Notes: generated by a model from the letters alone, not told the origin. 62,873 nt of DNA, filler included, from Octopus bimaculoides (GCF_001194135.2; 5 parts of 5 records of this genome joined end to end with filler, not necessarily neighbours in it), one strand, 5' to 3'. Counted from the first letter of the whole stretch, positions 39,571-53,263 are shown. Numbers and translations are program-made.

Positions 39571-40059
39571 AAGATGATGTATGTATGTATGTATGTATGC
39601 ATAAAGCTTCTTCCAGTTTCCCATCTTCTAAATCTACTCACTGGGCTTTGATCAGCCTATGGCTATTGTAGAAAGCAATTGCCCTGGGTACCACACAGTG
39701 GTCTTGAACCTGAAACCATGCAGTTCAGAAGGAATACCACTTTGGAATGGCAAAAGCTGTTGTGCATTGTAAACTTTAATTAATGGTAAAACAAGGAATC
39801 TAGCATAAGATTGACCCTGCAGAATTAACAAGTAAATAATGGAGTTGGAACATAGTCTGTTGTCAGCTTCAAACCACTTATGCATGCACAATATCAGAAA
39901 TCACACACACACACACACACACACACAGGTGTGTCTGTGCATACACATTACAAGACCCTCTACCAGATGACTGGACTTGCTAGGAACAGCAACAAAGTCA
40001 CCCACACACATCTAATTCTACAAGCTTAAAGGTAAAGGAAGACGTGTTGTAGTTCTATT

Positions 40060-40521
40060 TACCATGTTCTGGATGCACTTCATCATTATCATTGACGTCA
40101 TCGTCGTCACCATCATCATCATCATCATCCATCCTCATCATCATCACTACCACCACTACCACCACCACCATCACCATCATCATCATCCATCCTCCTCCTC
40201 ATCATCATCCATCCTCATCATCATCATCATCCATCCTCATCATCATCAGCCATCCTCATCATCATCACTACCACCACTACCACCACTACCACCACTACCA
40301 CCACCACCATCATCATCATCATCATCCATCCTCATCATCATCACTACCACCACTACCACCACCACCATCATCATCATCCATCCTCATCATCATCACTACC
40401 AACACTACCGCCACCACCATCTTCATCATCATCACTACCACCACTACCACCACCACCATCATCATCATCATCATCCATCCTCATCATCATCATCCATCAT
40501 CGTCATCATCCTCTATCATCA

Positions 40522-40556
<35 letters not shown>

Positions 40557-40595
40557 ACAACCACCACCACTACCACCATCATCATCATCGCTGAA
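40060..40595. repeat. Compound (CAT/CAC) array with a higher-order recurring unit
   Basis: The block catcatcatccatcctcatcatcatcactaccaccactacc recurs several times with variable triplet counts. Confidence 0.9.
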
Positions 40596-42134
40596 AGTTC
40601 GCTTTTCATGCTGGCATGAGTTGAATGGTTTGTAAGGATCCATTAAGTTGCAGAACTGCACCAGCCTCCAGAATTTGTGATGGTTCTCTACAGCTGGTTG
40701 CCCTTCTTAATACCAAATAAGCTACAGTAGGAACTAAACGCTTTTGTTTCCATTATGATGCCAGAACCAGTGTTTGGTCTTCAAATAATTTGCAAGACAG
40801 AAACGGCAAAAGGTAAAAGACGGCGTTTACTGACTGAGTGTGCATTTGAGAAAGTGGGGAGTGGCCTTACGATAAGCGTTGAGAAGCTAAAGTACAACCA
40901 AAAGACAAGCAAATGTGTCTTGGTTGAAAGAATATACATAGCTCTGCCATATTATAAAATTTGTGGATGTGAGTATCTAGAAAGAAGATTAAAATGGCGC
41001 TGACAATGTGCAAGAATCATCATCATCATCATCATCATCGTCTAACGTCCGTTTTCCATGCTGGTATGGGCTGGATGGTTCGACTGGTGTCTGGGAAACC
41101 AGGAGGCTGCACCAGGCCCCAATCTGATCTGGTAGTGTTTCTACAACTGGATGCCCTTCCTAACACCCGAGAGTGTAGTGGGTGCTTTTTACGTGTCACT
41201 GGCACAGGGGCTAGAGGAGCTGACATCGACCACGATCGGATGGTGCCACCGGTAGGGAAGCCAGTCAAAGAATGAATTTTCAAATTACAAGAAGTTGAGT
41301 GTAAGATCTTTCAGAGTTCCCATCAATTTGTACCATGAAGATTCACTCGGATACTGCGGTACGGTGGTGTATGATGGATGCTAGACTGTTCTTTCTAGCG
41401 GGTCGAGCAGACGTCATAAAGACACTCTCAATTCTATATTTTTGTCAGTTCTTTACAAGTGTTAACCATACAGACACTAAGAGAAAAAAATCATTTTCTC
41501 ATAATTGTTGGATTTTTAAGAATCAATATTTTTAATATTTTCTTCTTTCTCGATAAGCTGGAAAAAAAATAATACTAGAATAATTCCTTAATATTCGAAA
41601 CAACTATAATAATATTCTGGAAGTTAAGAAAAAAAAAAAAAGCCAAAAAAGCAATATTTTTTCCTATTTTCTATTTTGTTGGAAGTCATTCAGATATGAA
41701 ATGTCCATTAAAATATATTTTTTCTGTGTCTGTTGCATGGAGTGAGAATTGGCAATATTGAAAATATTAGCGGAAAAAATACAAACATATAAAACAATTA
41801 AACAATAAAACAGAAGGTCAATAAGAAAATAAATAAAATTGAAGAAATAAAATTACTTCAGAATATGCACCAAAGCTTATAATTATATGTGGATGCGTGT
41901 GTGTGAACCTGTGTGTGTATGCTCCGTGCATATGTGTGTGTATGTGTATGTGTGTGTGTGTGTTTGTGTGATTTAATGATTTTATTCTATGCATCAGTCT
42001 GTAAGTGTCTGTCTGACTGTTTTTATCTGCATATCATTATATTTTTACAAGAGACATTGTGGATGTGTATGTATGAATGCATACACGTATGTACATATGT
42101 ATGAAGGTATGCATGTATGTATGTGTGTATATTG

Positions 42135-42520
42135 TGGTTGTGTGGAAAGAAATTTACTTCCCAACCACATCGTTTCAGGTTCAGTCGCACTACATGGCTC
42201 CTTAGGCAAGTGTTTTGTATTAAAGCCTCAGGCCAACTAACTCATGGTGAGTGGATCTGGTTGGCAGAAACAGAAAGAAGCCCATTGTATATACATATAT
42301 GTGTGTACCTTTTTGTCTGTACTTGTCCCCTCACTCCACAGTGGATTGACAACTGGTGTTGGTGTGTTTACATCCCCGTAACTTAGCTGTTCGACAAATG
42401 AAACCATAAGAATAAATATTAGGCTTAAAACAAGATAAGTACACAGGTCGATACATATGACTAAGAATTCTTTAAAATGGAGCCCCAGCATGGCCACAGT
42501 CTAATGACTGAAACAAGGAA
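42135..42520 (+). mobile_element. Family A SINE, diverged full length
   Basis: Head-to-tail collinearity with 1673-2055. Confidence 0.8.
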
Positions 42521-42569
42521 AATAATAAAACAATATATATATACATATATGTTAATTCTCTAAATGAAG

Positions 42570-42891
42570 TATTAACAGTAACTGCACGATAAAGTGTAGT
42601 ATATTGCCACTTAAGTGTGGCTGACCCCTAGGGGTGGATGTTACTGTTGCTTTTAGCCCCAGGAGGACATCTCCTCCAGCTGGCTTATCGACACACGACT
42701 GTGTCCTGTTTGCCAAGGGAGTTATCCCTCTCACCACGGCCAGCAGCACGAACGTATCCGGATTTCAGGGTTATTTCCCTTCGTCGGCGTTCGACAGCCG
42801 ATGACCTTGGTGAGAGAGAAAAACCTGGCAAATCTTATATCTTCTTTTCCAGTGGCATTCTTCACTGATATTGAAAAGGTGAAAACAAGCA
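42570..42891. other. GC-rich multi-hairpin segment between 21-bp direct repeats
   Basis: atgttaattctctaaatgaag at 42549-42569 and 42892-42912. At least six short stem-loops lie inside. Confidence 0.55.
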
Positions 42892-43186
42892 ATGTTAATT
42901 CTCTAAATGAAGNNNNNNNNNNNNNNNNNNNNNNNNNNNNNNNNNNNNNNNNNNNNTTAATTAATTAANNNNNNNNNNNNNNNNNNNNNNNNNNNNNNNN
43001 NNNNNNNNNNNNAAAATATCCAGATAATTATGTGGTACGGGAGAGAAATTAGGCGTGACATGTTTAGTTGATATTCTTAGCCGTTTAGTGACAAACCTAG
43101 TTAGGTTTTGTTATCTCCACTGTCTGTAGTGGCTTCAAAGTTTTACTTGAGATAATCACTTCAGACTTGTCGAGACCTGAGACCGA

Positions 43187-43242
<56 letters not shown>

Positions 43243-43470
43243 TATGGACCTATGATCAAAAGGCATTAGAATCATGATCATCCCTTTTGTTTTTTGTTTT
43301 ATGTTTCAGACATCGTATCTAGAACTAAGTGTTTTAGTTTCTCGCTCTCTCTTTTTAAGACATTGATGGTGGTGGGCAGGATTGTATAATCTGAGGGATG
43401 TTCGACAGCCTCTTCGAGCAGGTCAGAATGACTACGGAGAGGCATCCTCATTGGCTTATAGTTGCAGTGT

Positions 43471-43503
<33 letters not shown>

Positions 43504-43590
43504 CAGCAGCAGCAGCGGCGGCGGTGGTAGTGGTGGTGGTAGTGGTGGTGGTGATGGTGGTGGTGATGGTGGTGGTGGTAGCAGCTGTTT

Positions 43591-43636
<46 letters not shown>

Positions 43637-45966
43637 NNNNNNNNNNNNNNNNNNNNNNNNNNNNNNNNNNNNNNNNNNNNNNNNNNNNNNNNNNNNNNNN
43701 NNNNNNNNNNNNNNNNNNNNNNNNNNNNNNNNNNNNNNNNNNNNNNNNNNNNNNNNNNNNNNNNNNNNNNNNNNNNNNNNNNNNNNNNNNNNNNNNNNNN
43801 NNNNNNNNNNNNNNNNNNNNNNNNNNNNNNNNNNNNNNNNNNNNNNNNNNNNNNNNNNNNNNNNNNNNNNNNNNNNNNNNNNNNNNNNNNNNNNNNNNNN
43901 NNNNNNNNNNNNNNNNNNNNNNNNNNNNNNNNNNNNNNNNNNNNNNNNNNNNNNNNNNNNNNNNNNNNNNNNNNNNNNNNNNNNNNNNNNNNNNNNNNNN
44001 NNNNNNNNNNNNNNNNNNNNNNNNNNNNNNNNNNNNNNNNNNNNNNNNNNNNNNNNNNNNNNNNNNNNNNNNNNNNNNNNNNNNNNNNNNNNNNNNNNNN
44101 NNNNNNNNNNNNNNNNNNNNNNNNNNNNNNNNNNNNNNNNNNNNNNNNNNNNNNNNNNNNNNNNNNNNNNNNNNNNNNNNNNNNNNNNNNNNNNNNNNNN
44201 NNNNNNNNNNNNNNNNNNNNNNNNNNNNNNNNNNNNNNNNNNNNNNNNNNNNNNNNNNNNNNNNNNNNNNNNNNNNNNNNNNNNNNNNNNNNNNNNNNNN
44301 NNNNNNNNNNNNNNNNNNNNNNNNNNNNNNNNNNNNNNNNNNNNNNNNNNNNNNNNNNNNNNNNNNNNNNCCCCCCGTCCCTCGCTCCCACCTTACTTAT
44401 CTTTCTAAATATGGTTGTCGTTAAAATATAATCGCCCTCGGTCTCAGTTAGGGTAGTTTTGTTTCTTTGTTTTTGTTTTTTCTGCTAAGTAAATATGTTT
44501 GTGTCGTGTGTAAAGATGATATCGCAATGGACGATTAAAAATAAAGATGAAGGATAGATGACTATCCTCTTGTATTAAGCACTACTGGCGAGGCCGATAA
44601 CCAACGAGGTAGCCTCTTTATACTCGCTAGATATGCTAGAAACAGCAGTCAAATCTCCCTCGAATCGCACCGTCTTAAAAAGACAAGGTCGATTAAGTAA
44701 TGCAATTCTAACTCTAAAGAGAGAAGAGGTCACGACAGGAACGTATTTGATTATAGTTCTCTTTGATCCCTGCTGATCTAGGATTAGACTGCAAACCTAC
44801 TAGAAACGAGAGTTATATCTCCCTCAAATGGGCTCTTATTAAACTACTTCCAACCAATTGAGGTTTTTCAACATTTTACCAGATAATTTTCAAAAGCATG
44901 TACTTCTACTTCTAATGCAGTTTTGGAAGCTGATGACGAAAATGACATTGGATTATTTTTTCTAGATAATAAAGAAGTTACAAGCAGTTAGCATTATGTA
45001 ATTTTAGCTAGTCGGAAGCGTCCATTACCGACATATTGGAAGTCGTGACTTTTTGCCTCCGTAGGAACAGCACACATAACGAAGACGAAACTTTTACATG
45101 ATCTCTCAACCAACAAGATATAGGACCCAAATCTTCCTTTAAAACAGGCGAAAGGAACGAAACATTGTACCGCTGCGCCCTTTACTTCGTCGTTTAAGAT
45201 GGGCCCAAGTGTTTTTCCATTTGTTGAGTGTTATTAAAATCAGTCTCCACAAATGTTCTCTTTTATCAAACTGATGAACCTCGAAACACTGACTGAGTAC
45301 CACAGGTTGACATTAAATGTACTTTGTCTTCTTATGATAAAATTGTAAACATAATTTTGAAAGAAAAAAAGGCGTCTGTGAGGGATTGGGAAAAGAAAGA
45401 ATTGGTTACCAATATTGTTATTGTATGAAATGTATTGTTGATGATGATGATAATGATGATATCATTGGTGAGGATCAACACTTCACTTCCTACAATACAA
45501 TTCTTTCTTCACCATTAATGCACAGATTGCTATTTTAAATTAATACTGCTTCTGCTGCACTTAACGAGTGTGTGTGCGTATGTAAATGTATGTGTACGTG
45601 CGTGCGCGTGTGTATGAAATGAAACTAATATACATATATGTGTGCATGCGTGTGCGTGTGTGTGTGTGTGTAAAATGAAACACGTAATGGCATCATATCA
45701 GCCGAGGATTAAGTACTTCGGAAATAGCGATGATTCTCTTGACGTAAGCGAGATAGATAAATAGCTTGCGTAATGGCACTTTAAGCACTAATTAAAGCGA
45801 ACGAATGACTTGGGGTCTCTTAAATATAGTAGATAAAACTGTCTACTGGATTACGACAGATGCGTGGCTCGATTCCCGTAGGAACCTCTGTGCTCATTTC
45901 TTTCTGCCTTCGATTCGTGCCTAATCAGTGTCTAGTTTAAATTACACACACACACACACACATTAT

Positions 45967-46051
<85 letters not shown>

Positions 46052-46789
46052 CGTTAAAGAGGACAACAAACATTAAGGCAAGGCAAATATTTCAAGTCGT
46101 ACCCAATATTATTATTGGAAAAACAACTCAAATTGTATATAATATCATTTTTTCTCTGGATGTTTACTATATCAGGAATGTAACCCACATGGATCTAAGC
46201 AGCATTGCACCCATAGGACTTATACTCTTGTTTCTACAACATCGGAAAGTTGAACTATGAACTTTTATTATGCTTCTTTTTTCTTCTTTCTCCCCATCTC
46301 CTTATTCTTTTATTCCCTTCTTCTATGTCGTCATCTCATTAATATATACCATTTTCATGTTCCCTATTTTCCCCTGTTTGTCTGTGATGACCGAATATCC
46401 CATACTCGGGGATATCCCAGAATCAGGTGTAAGACTTCGAATTTTTTCCAATAATAATATTGTATACAACTTGAGATGATTGCCCCGCTTTAATGTTTGC
46501 TGTCCTGTTTAACAATTATATATCCGCTGCATCGGAAATCTGCAACGGTTCCATAACTACCGTATCAGCTATAACCTCGGAGCCCTAGTAATCCGTTATT
46601 GCACTTAACAAGCGTACCTAATCATTTAGATCCCCTGTGAACTAAAAACCCAGTCCCGTTTTTTCCGTCCTTGTTTTCGTATACATTCGCTGCTTTCTTC
46701 CAATGAATCTAGTGTTCTTAGCTTAGTTTTTCCTTGGGGCTGGCCANNNNNNNNNNGAATCTAGTGTTCTTAGCTTAGTTTTTCCTTGG

Positions 46790-47095
46790 GGCTGGCCAGA
46801 TTGGAGCAATCTCGAATATAACCAGCCGAAATTGCAAAGATAACCTGAACTGAAGGCAATGATTATGGCCACATTTACCAACTTAAACAAGGAGACCGTC
46901 CAGAAGAGTTGTAGGAAAATGTGTTGTCGTTCGGAGGCCGTGGTTGAAGCCAATGGCGATTTTATTGAATAAATTTACTCTTTAGTATCTCCAGATATTT
47001 TTATGTAATCTTGGTAAATATATCTGTTAAAATGAGGTGCCACTGTTATTTTCATTTTTGCGTAATTTAGGCGACAGTTTATTCACCGCGCCCTG
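46790..47095 (+). mobile_element. Tc1/mariner-superfamily transposase C-terminus and right end
   Basis: 46850-46972 reads LKAMIMATFTNLNKETVQKSCRKMCCRSEAVVEANGDFIE*. The element ends ...gcgccctg|TA. Confidence 0.75.
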
Positions 47096-47105
47096 TATAT
47101 ATATA

Positions 47106-47800
47106 TTTGGGGTTGCCGGATAAATTCGTTTGTTCCTTTCCTATGTTATTTGAACTAACACGAAAACTATTATTACCGTTGTCTGTTACTGTTGTAGCTC
47201 TATTCTCCCTCTATAACTTTTGTTTGCCGCTTTTGAAAGTCAGACAAGCAAGCGACACTTTAATTCAAACCAGAACTGCATCCACGCAAAACAATGAACT
47301 ATCTTTGGTGGGATTGGGAAGGGCAATTCCACTTCAAAAGAACCACACGGTTAATGTAGAGAGATTCATTCAGTAAATACTACTCAACGAGGAATTCAAC
47401 TGAAACAACCCGACCAGCAACATGGTGTACTTTTCCAATACGACAACGCTTGCCCCACGTCGTTAATTTGACCAAAAATTCTATTCCAGAACTCGTTTGA
47501 GAAGTTCTGCCGCATCCTTCATTTCCTCTTGATATAGTGCCTTCAGATTATTCCCCTTTTTTTATCATTATCCAACAATTTGCGAGGCGTTTCGCTCAAC
47601 AATGATGCGGCTCAATGAATTCATTGAGCCAAGACTCGTTGATTTCTATCGTCAAATACATTGACAAGCAAGTGGAACGTTGGCAAGAAGTCACGAACAG
47701 TGTAGGAGAATGATTATTGACCGATTTATTAAGTGTTGATGAAAAATAAGGATTAAAATAAATGGTGAAAAAATTGAACGAATTTATCTGACAACCTAAT
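47106..47800 (+). mobile_element. Internally deleted mariner element with both TIRs
   Basis: TIRs ggttgccggataaattcgtt / aacgaatttatctgacaacc. Decayed motifs LHPRKTM..WWDWEG, GVLFQYDNA, EVLPHPSFPLDIVPSDY (YSPDLAPSDY-like) and ERWQEV. Confidence 0.9.
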
Positions 47801-47803
47801 GTA

Positions 47804-47858
<55 letters not shown>

Positions 47859-47870
47859 ATTCGTCTAAGT

Positions 47871-48235
47871 TAGCGTTTCTCAACTGGGGTCCATATGACT
47901 CCTTGGGGCCCATATGACTTCTTGGGGCCCATATGACTCCTTGGGGCCCATATGACTCCTTGGGGCCCATGTGACTCCTCGGGGTCAATATAAGATTTTT
48001 GGGGATCCGCACAACCTAAATGACATACTTGTGTCCACGAAAAGAATTTTCCTCTAGATATACTTATTGCAAGAAACAGGTTTCTTTCTCCGGTGTTTTA
48101 CATTGGTCAGCCTACACAAGCGAATGTGTAATAAACAAAACATGAATTTTGAAAGAATTATCTATAAAAGCTTATTTTCAAACATCGAATAGTAATCAAA
48201 GGGGTCTATGGATGAGAAAGGGATAAGAACCACTG
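47871..48235. mobile_element. hAT-type MITE carrying a 19-bp minisatellite
   Basis: Termini tagcgtttctcaac / ataagaaccactg. Degenerate 8-bp TSD gtctaagt / gttcaagt. About 5.5 copies of ccatatgactccttggggc at 47886-47995. Confidence 0.7.
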
Positions 48236-48998
48236 GTTCAAGTGCTGAAGAGAGAAAAATTGAAGTTATCGCTTTGACTGTAGACAAAAAAAACACAAAA
48301 AAGCACTATATTCTCTTTGATAACACTATTCCTCATTCAGGCGAGGAATAAGAGCCTAAAACGTTAGACCCTACAAACACTAAACTCACCATAACTCTTC
48401 TCGGAACTCCTCTATTAATGAACTGTTGCTAACACAGACCAACACCTGTTACTTCTGATTCCAGAGTTTACTCTGATATATTTGAAGCCTTTTGTCATGT
48501 GTCGACGTAAATAAATGCTTTGTGGCATCAGTAATTGGTAACTGAAGTCTTCGAAATTTCAAAAATTATTTTCCTTCTGCCTGACCAACTGTTGCGTATT
48601 TGAAATGGACCAGTTCAGTTTTGCAAGAGGGTGGAATGTATGTTGACGTACGCAAAAATAACAGTTTTATTGGGGGTTTTGTGTTTGTATTTTCCTTTTC
48701 TCTGTGTGTGCGTGTGTGTGTGCGTGCGCGCGTCTGTCTATTTTCATGTATTGAGCAGGTTCTATGCGGGAGATTCATGTTTCTTGTTGTTTGTTGTTTT
48801 TTGTCGTTATTTTTCACATGTGAAATACATTAGTTTCCATAGATAATTAGTATAGAACTGAACTGAGGAAGGTGGAACCAATTACGTGGTTGTTTTAATT
48901 GACCCTCGTGTGAGGGAAGAATGATGGGGCGTGTTGGTGGGTGCTGAATTCCACGCATGTTATAAAGAGTTTTGTTATGACAGAAATAATGTGCTAGA

Positions 48999-49054
<56 letters not shown>

Positions 49055-49225
49055 AGTGATAGAGAATGAGAGAGAGAAACAGAGTAAGGTCCTAGGATAG
49101 ACGCTACAAAATAATACATGATTACAGAGAAAGAGGGATGATGAGAAAAATAGGTGGCGAGAGAGAGAAAAAGAAGGGGTGAGTTTTGTAAGGATAGAAA
49201 ACGAAGAGTGAGAAATAACGAGAAA

Positions 49226-49229
<4 letters not shown>

Positions 49230-49291
<62 letters not shown>

Positions 49292-49902
49292 GATAAATAG
49301 GAATGATTGAACTGAAGAGACATGAAAAAAGACTTAATAGGCGGAGAGAGAGGGGGCGGGAGAGTGAGAGAGAGGAGGAGATTGAGATAGAGAGGGGTAG
49401 AGTGACAGAGAGAGAGAAGGGGAGAGTGAGAGAGAGTGAAGGGGAGAGTGAGAGAGAGAGAAGGGGAGATTGAGAGAGAGAGAGAATGGGAGNNNNNNNN
49501 NNNNNNNNNNNNNNNNNNNNNNNNNNNNNNNNNNNNNNNNNNNNNNNNNNNNNNNNNNNNNNNNNNNNNNNNNNNNNNNNNNNNNNNNNNNNNNNNNNNN
49601 NNNNNNNNNNNNNNNNNNNNNNNNNNNNNNNNNNNNNNNNNNNNNNNNNNNNNNNNNNNNNNNNNNNNNNNNNNNNNNNNNNNNNNNNNNNNNNNNNNNN
49701 NNNNNNNNNNNNNNNNNNNNNNNNNNNNNNNNNNNNNNNNNNNNNNNNNNNNNNNNNNNNNNNNNNNNNNNNNNACAGAAAGAAGAGAAGTCCTTGAAGA
49801 GAAATTTCAGAAAAAAGTAAACGAGGAGTGCAGGGATGGAATGATAGAAGTATAGATAGAAAGAGCTGAGAGGGGGAGAGAGAGTGAGTGAGAGAGAGGA
49901 AA

Positions 49903-49980
<78 letters not shown>
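49230..49980. repeat. Purine-rich (GA)n/(GAAA)n arrays around a gap
   Basis: Seen directly. Confidence 0.95.
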
Positions 49981-49981
<1 letters not shown>

Positions 49982-50589
49982 GTTGGGATAATAATGAGAG
50001 AAAATAGAGAGAAAAAACGGGGAAACAGAGAAGGGCAGAAAGACGGAGGGGGAAAGAGGTGGAGAGAGAGAAACCGAAAGAGTAGCCAGGAATGTGGTCA
50101 AAGAGCTGAGAATTCTAAGAAATTGCAAAAGAAAGACTTAGTGAAAATGAAGAAACAATGATATATTGTGGTCTATAAGAGGAAATTGAGGTGCGAAGGG
50201 GTCTCTTCAAAGAAATCTGATGTTCAAAATAGTGGAAGTAATTGGATGAAGTGCGAGAATCAGATTAATCCCTTTGAAGTATTTTTGTTGTTTTTGTTGT
50301 TGTATTCGTTGTTGTTGTTGTGGTGGTGGTAGTGGTTTTAGCTGTTGTTTATATCGTTTGAAATCAAGTGAACCCTGGTTGAGCAGATCTGTGATCAAAG
50401 ACATTCCAATTCTGGACATCCTGTCATTTTAATGAGTCGTTCCTATTTTAAAAGACGGTTGGATGTGATTTGAGAGATTTGGGCGCTACTTCTAGCAAGT
50501 CTAGCGACAACGTAAAGGTTCCTCGGATTATTCTTCTTGCTGTCGTCTTTAATTGTTCGAGAAAATAATTATCCTATGATTGACACAAA

Positions 50590-50780
50590 ACCTGAAATTT
50601 GGAGGAGGAGGCTAATCGATTACATCGATCCCAGTGCTTGATGGATACTTAATTTATCGATAACGAAAGGATGAAAAGCAAAGTCGATCTTCAGTGTAAT
50701 TTGAACTCAGAACTTAAAGACGAATGGAGTGCCCCTAAACATTTCGCACAGCATGCTAACGACTCTGCTAGCTCGCCTCC
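50590..50780 (-). mobile_element. Family D SINE
   Basis: Reverse complement of a tRNA-like head (gaggcgagctagcagagtcgttagc) plus body. Confidence 0.8.
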
Positions 50781-50782
50781 TC

Positions 50783-50862
<80 letters not shown>

Positions 50863-51048
50863 TAATAATAATAATAATGATAATAATGATAATAATAATA
50901 ATAATAATAATAATAATTATAATAATAATAATAATAATAATAATAANNNNNNNNNNNNNNNNNNNNNNNNNNNNNNNNNNNNNNNNNNNNTTAATTAATT
51001 AANNNNNNNNNNNNNNNNNNNNNNNNNNNNNNNNNNNNNNNNNNNNCA

Positions 51049-51400
51049 TAAGAAGATATATTCTAAAAGCAAAAAAAATATCAGAAATAGAAATAGAACA
51101 ATTGAAAGAAAAAATACATCAGGAAAATCTAGATAGTAGTCACACAGCAATGCCAAATAATAATATAAACACTGAGATAGCAAAACACGAGGAAACACCA
51201 GGACTTACAAATATATATAACATACAGAAAATTGCACTACTGGGTACTGCACACATTCTACGCAAAACACTTTCAATACAGTAAACATAAGAGCACCACA
51301 GCAAACCACAGCACATACCCAAGGCGCACAGAGCTGCGCTCGGTAGTGAAGTGAAAGCACGTTATAAAAATAAAACTACTGAATAATAATAATAATAATA
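51049..51400 (+). pseudogene. RLE non-LTR retrotransposon 3' end with (TAA)n tail
   Basis: TPGLTNIYNIQKIALLGTAHILRKTLSIQ*, then 3' UTR, then aaaactactg(aat)n. Confidence 0.8.
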
Positions 51401-51579
51401 ATTTATTTACTATAAGCACAAATCCTGAAATTTTTTGGGTAGGGCTAGTTGATAAACAAATGAATAGTATGGTACTGTAGGCTGCAGACAGTAAGTCTGC
51501 TATGCATGCAAGACTCCAGGAGCTCCAACAAAACCTGTGATAAAGAGAAAATAATAACAATAACAATAATAATAATAAT

Positions 51580-52244
51580 ACAGGATATGCGTGATAGGGG
51601 TGAAATGGTGTGGCACATCGTTAGCGAATGCTTGAAATTGGCACAACGGGAATACAAAAGATGCCATGACAATGTCGCAAGAATGATCGATTGGGAGCTC
51701 TGTGGTAATCATGGCCTACAAAGAGCAAAGATGTGGTATGAGCAAACCCCAGGAGGAGTCACTGAGAATGAGAATTGCAAAATCCTGTTTAATGCAATGA
51801 TTCAGTGTGATCCCCTGACCAGACATCGGAAACCGGACATTGTTGTGGTGAATAAAAAGAAGGAACATGCATGATAATCGACATAGTATGTCCCGGTGAC
51901 AACAGGATCAATGAGAAAGAAGAAGGGAAACTAAATAATTATGACGATTTGAAGTGGGAAAGAGGAAGGTCGCGGTCAATGAAGAGAGTAGACATGATAC
52001 CAATAATAATTGGTGCACTTGGAAGTAGCAACACTCAACTACCAACATGGCTGAAAAAGATTGGTTCCAGTGTGAAGGTAGAACACCTACAAAAACCAGA
52101 ATTGCTTGAAACTGCAAGAATTCTTCGCAGGGTTTTTGAAGCATGACCAGTAAACAAGTGTCACCTGAGTCTGCTGGCTGTGGTCAGCTGATACTTTCCG
52201 TCATACCCAGCAAAATTAGCTGTGAGTTTTCATCACATGGTAAA

Positions 52245-52280
<36 letters not shown>
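51580..52280 (+). pseudogene. RLE non-LTR retrotransposon 3' end (zinc-knuckle remnant plus nuclease) with (TAA)n on both sides
   Basis: HIVSECLKLAQREYKRCHDNVARMIDWELC...RKPDIVVVNKKK / IIDIVCPGDNRINEKEEGKLNNYDDLKWE...IPIIIGALG...LLETARILRRVFEA*. Confidence 0.9.
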
Positions 52281-52282
<2 letters not shown>

Positions 52283-52289
52283 TGATGAT

Positions 52290-52510
52290 GATAATCCTTT
52301 CTATTATAGGCACAAGGCCTGAAATTTAGGGAGAAGGGTTAAGTCAATTACATTGACCCCAATACTCAACTGGTAACTGATTTTTGACCCCCAAAAGGAT
52401 GAAAGGCAAAGTCGACCTCAGAGCAATTTGAACTCAAAGTGTAAAGTCGGACGAATTACCAGTATACATTTAACCCTGCATGCTAACGATTCTGCCAGCC
52501 CACCACTTTA
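52290..52510 (-). mobile_element. Family D SINE, near full length
   Basis: Collinear with 50590-50780 and with the reverse complement of 59034-59230. Confidence 0.8.
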
Positions 52511-52552
52511 ATAATAATAATAATAATATTAATAATAATAATAATAATAATG

Positions 52553-52605
<53 letters not shown>

Positions 52606-53263
52606 CGTCGTTTAATGTCCACTTTCCATGCTAGTATGGGTTGGACAATGTAATAAATAATAATAATGATGATGATGATGATGATAATGATAATGATAAT
52701 GATAATGATGGTGATGATAATAATTGTTTCTAAAGCAAAGTTGACTTCAGCAGAATTTAAACTCAGTGTACAAACAAAAATTAATCAATTAAAGGAAATA
52801 TAGCAATGCTTGTTCTGTGGTATTCTGACGATTCTGCCATTCCACTGCCCTCACAGTTATATTGACTAGCAGAAAATTTCTTTTGAAATCTTGTCATTTA
52901 ATCAAAACTGCACTTTTAAATATAATTGAAATGAGTTTAGATGGTATTGCTTATTTACCTTCTTGTAATACATTTGACAGATATAATGTGCTTTATAGTT
53001 TAAGGAAATAAAAGATGACTTAAAAAGATAAAATTTACACATATCTTTTGATTAAATATTTGGTATTTATAATGTTTTATTACATATTTGCAAAATAGAT
53101 AAAAACAAACTATATTTCATATGATACAGACAGAGGAAAAGAACATGAGTTTTACTCACTGAATTAGATACAAAAACTTTAAATTACAAACAGGGATATG
53201 TATATGTGATTTATATATTCTTTTATAGAGTTTACTTTCTGAAAAAAAAAACACTCAGTATTA

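Noticed and set aside
42640-42810. Possible HDV-like ribozyme (ggctaa after a hairpin on the minus strand)
   Set aside because: I could not place P1, P3/L3 or P1.1 in the required order.
45271-45290. ctgatgaacctcgaaac, hammerhead-like core
   Set aside because: Only five bases lie between the core halves with no stem II; it is compatible with chance.
46705-46798. 42-bp exact direct repeat
   Set aside because: The copies flank a 10-N gap, consistent with an unmerged contig overlap.
47886-47995. Regular short repeat array considered as CRISPR-like
   Set aside because: It consists of head-to-tail 19-bp units with no spacers, in a eukaryotic context with no cas genes.
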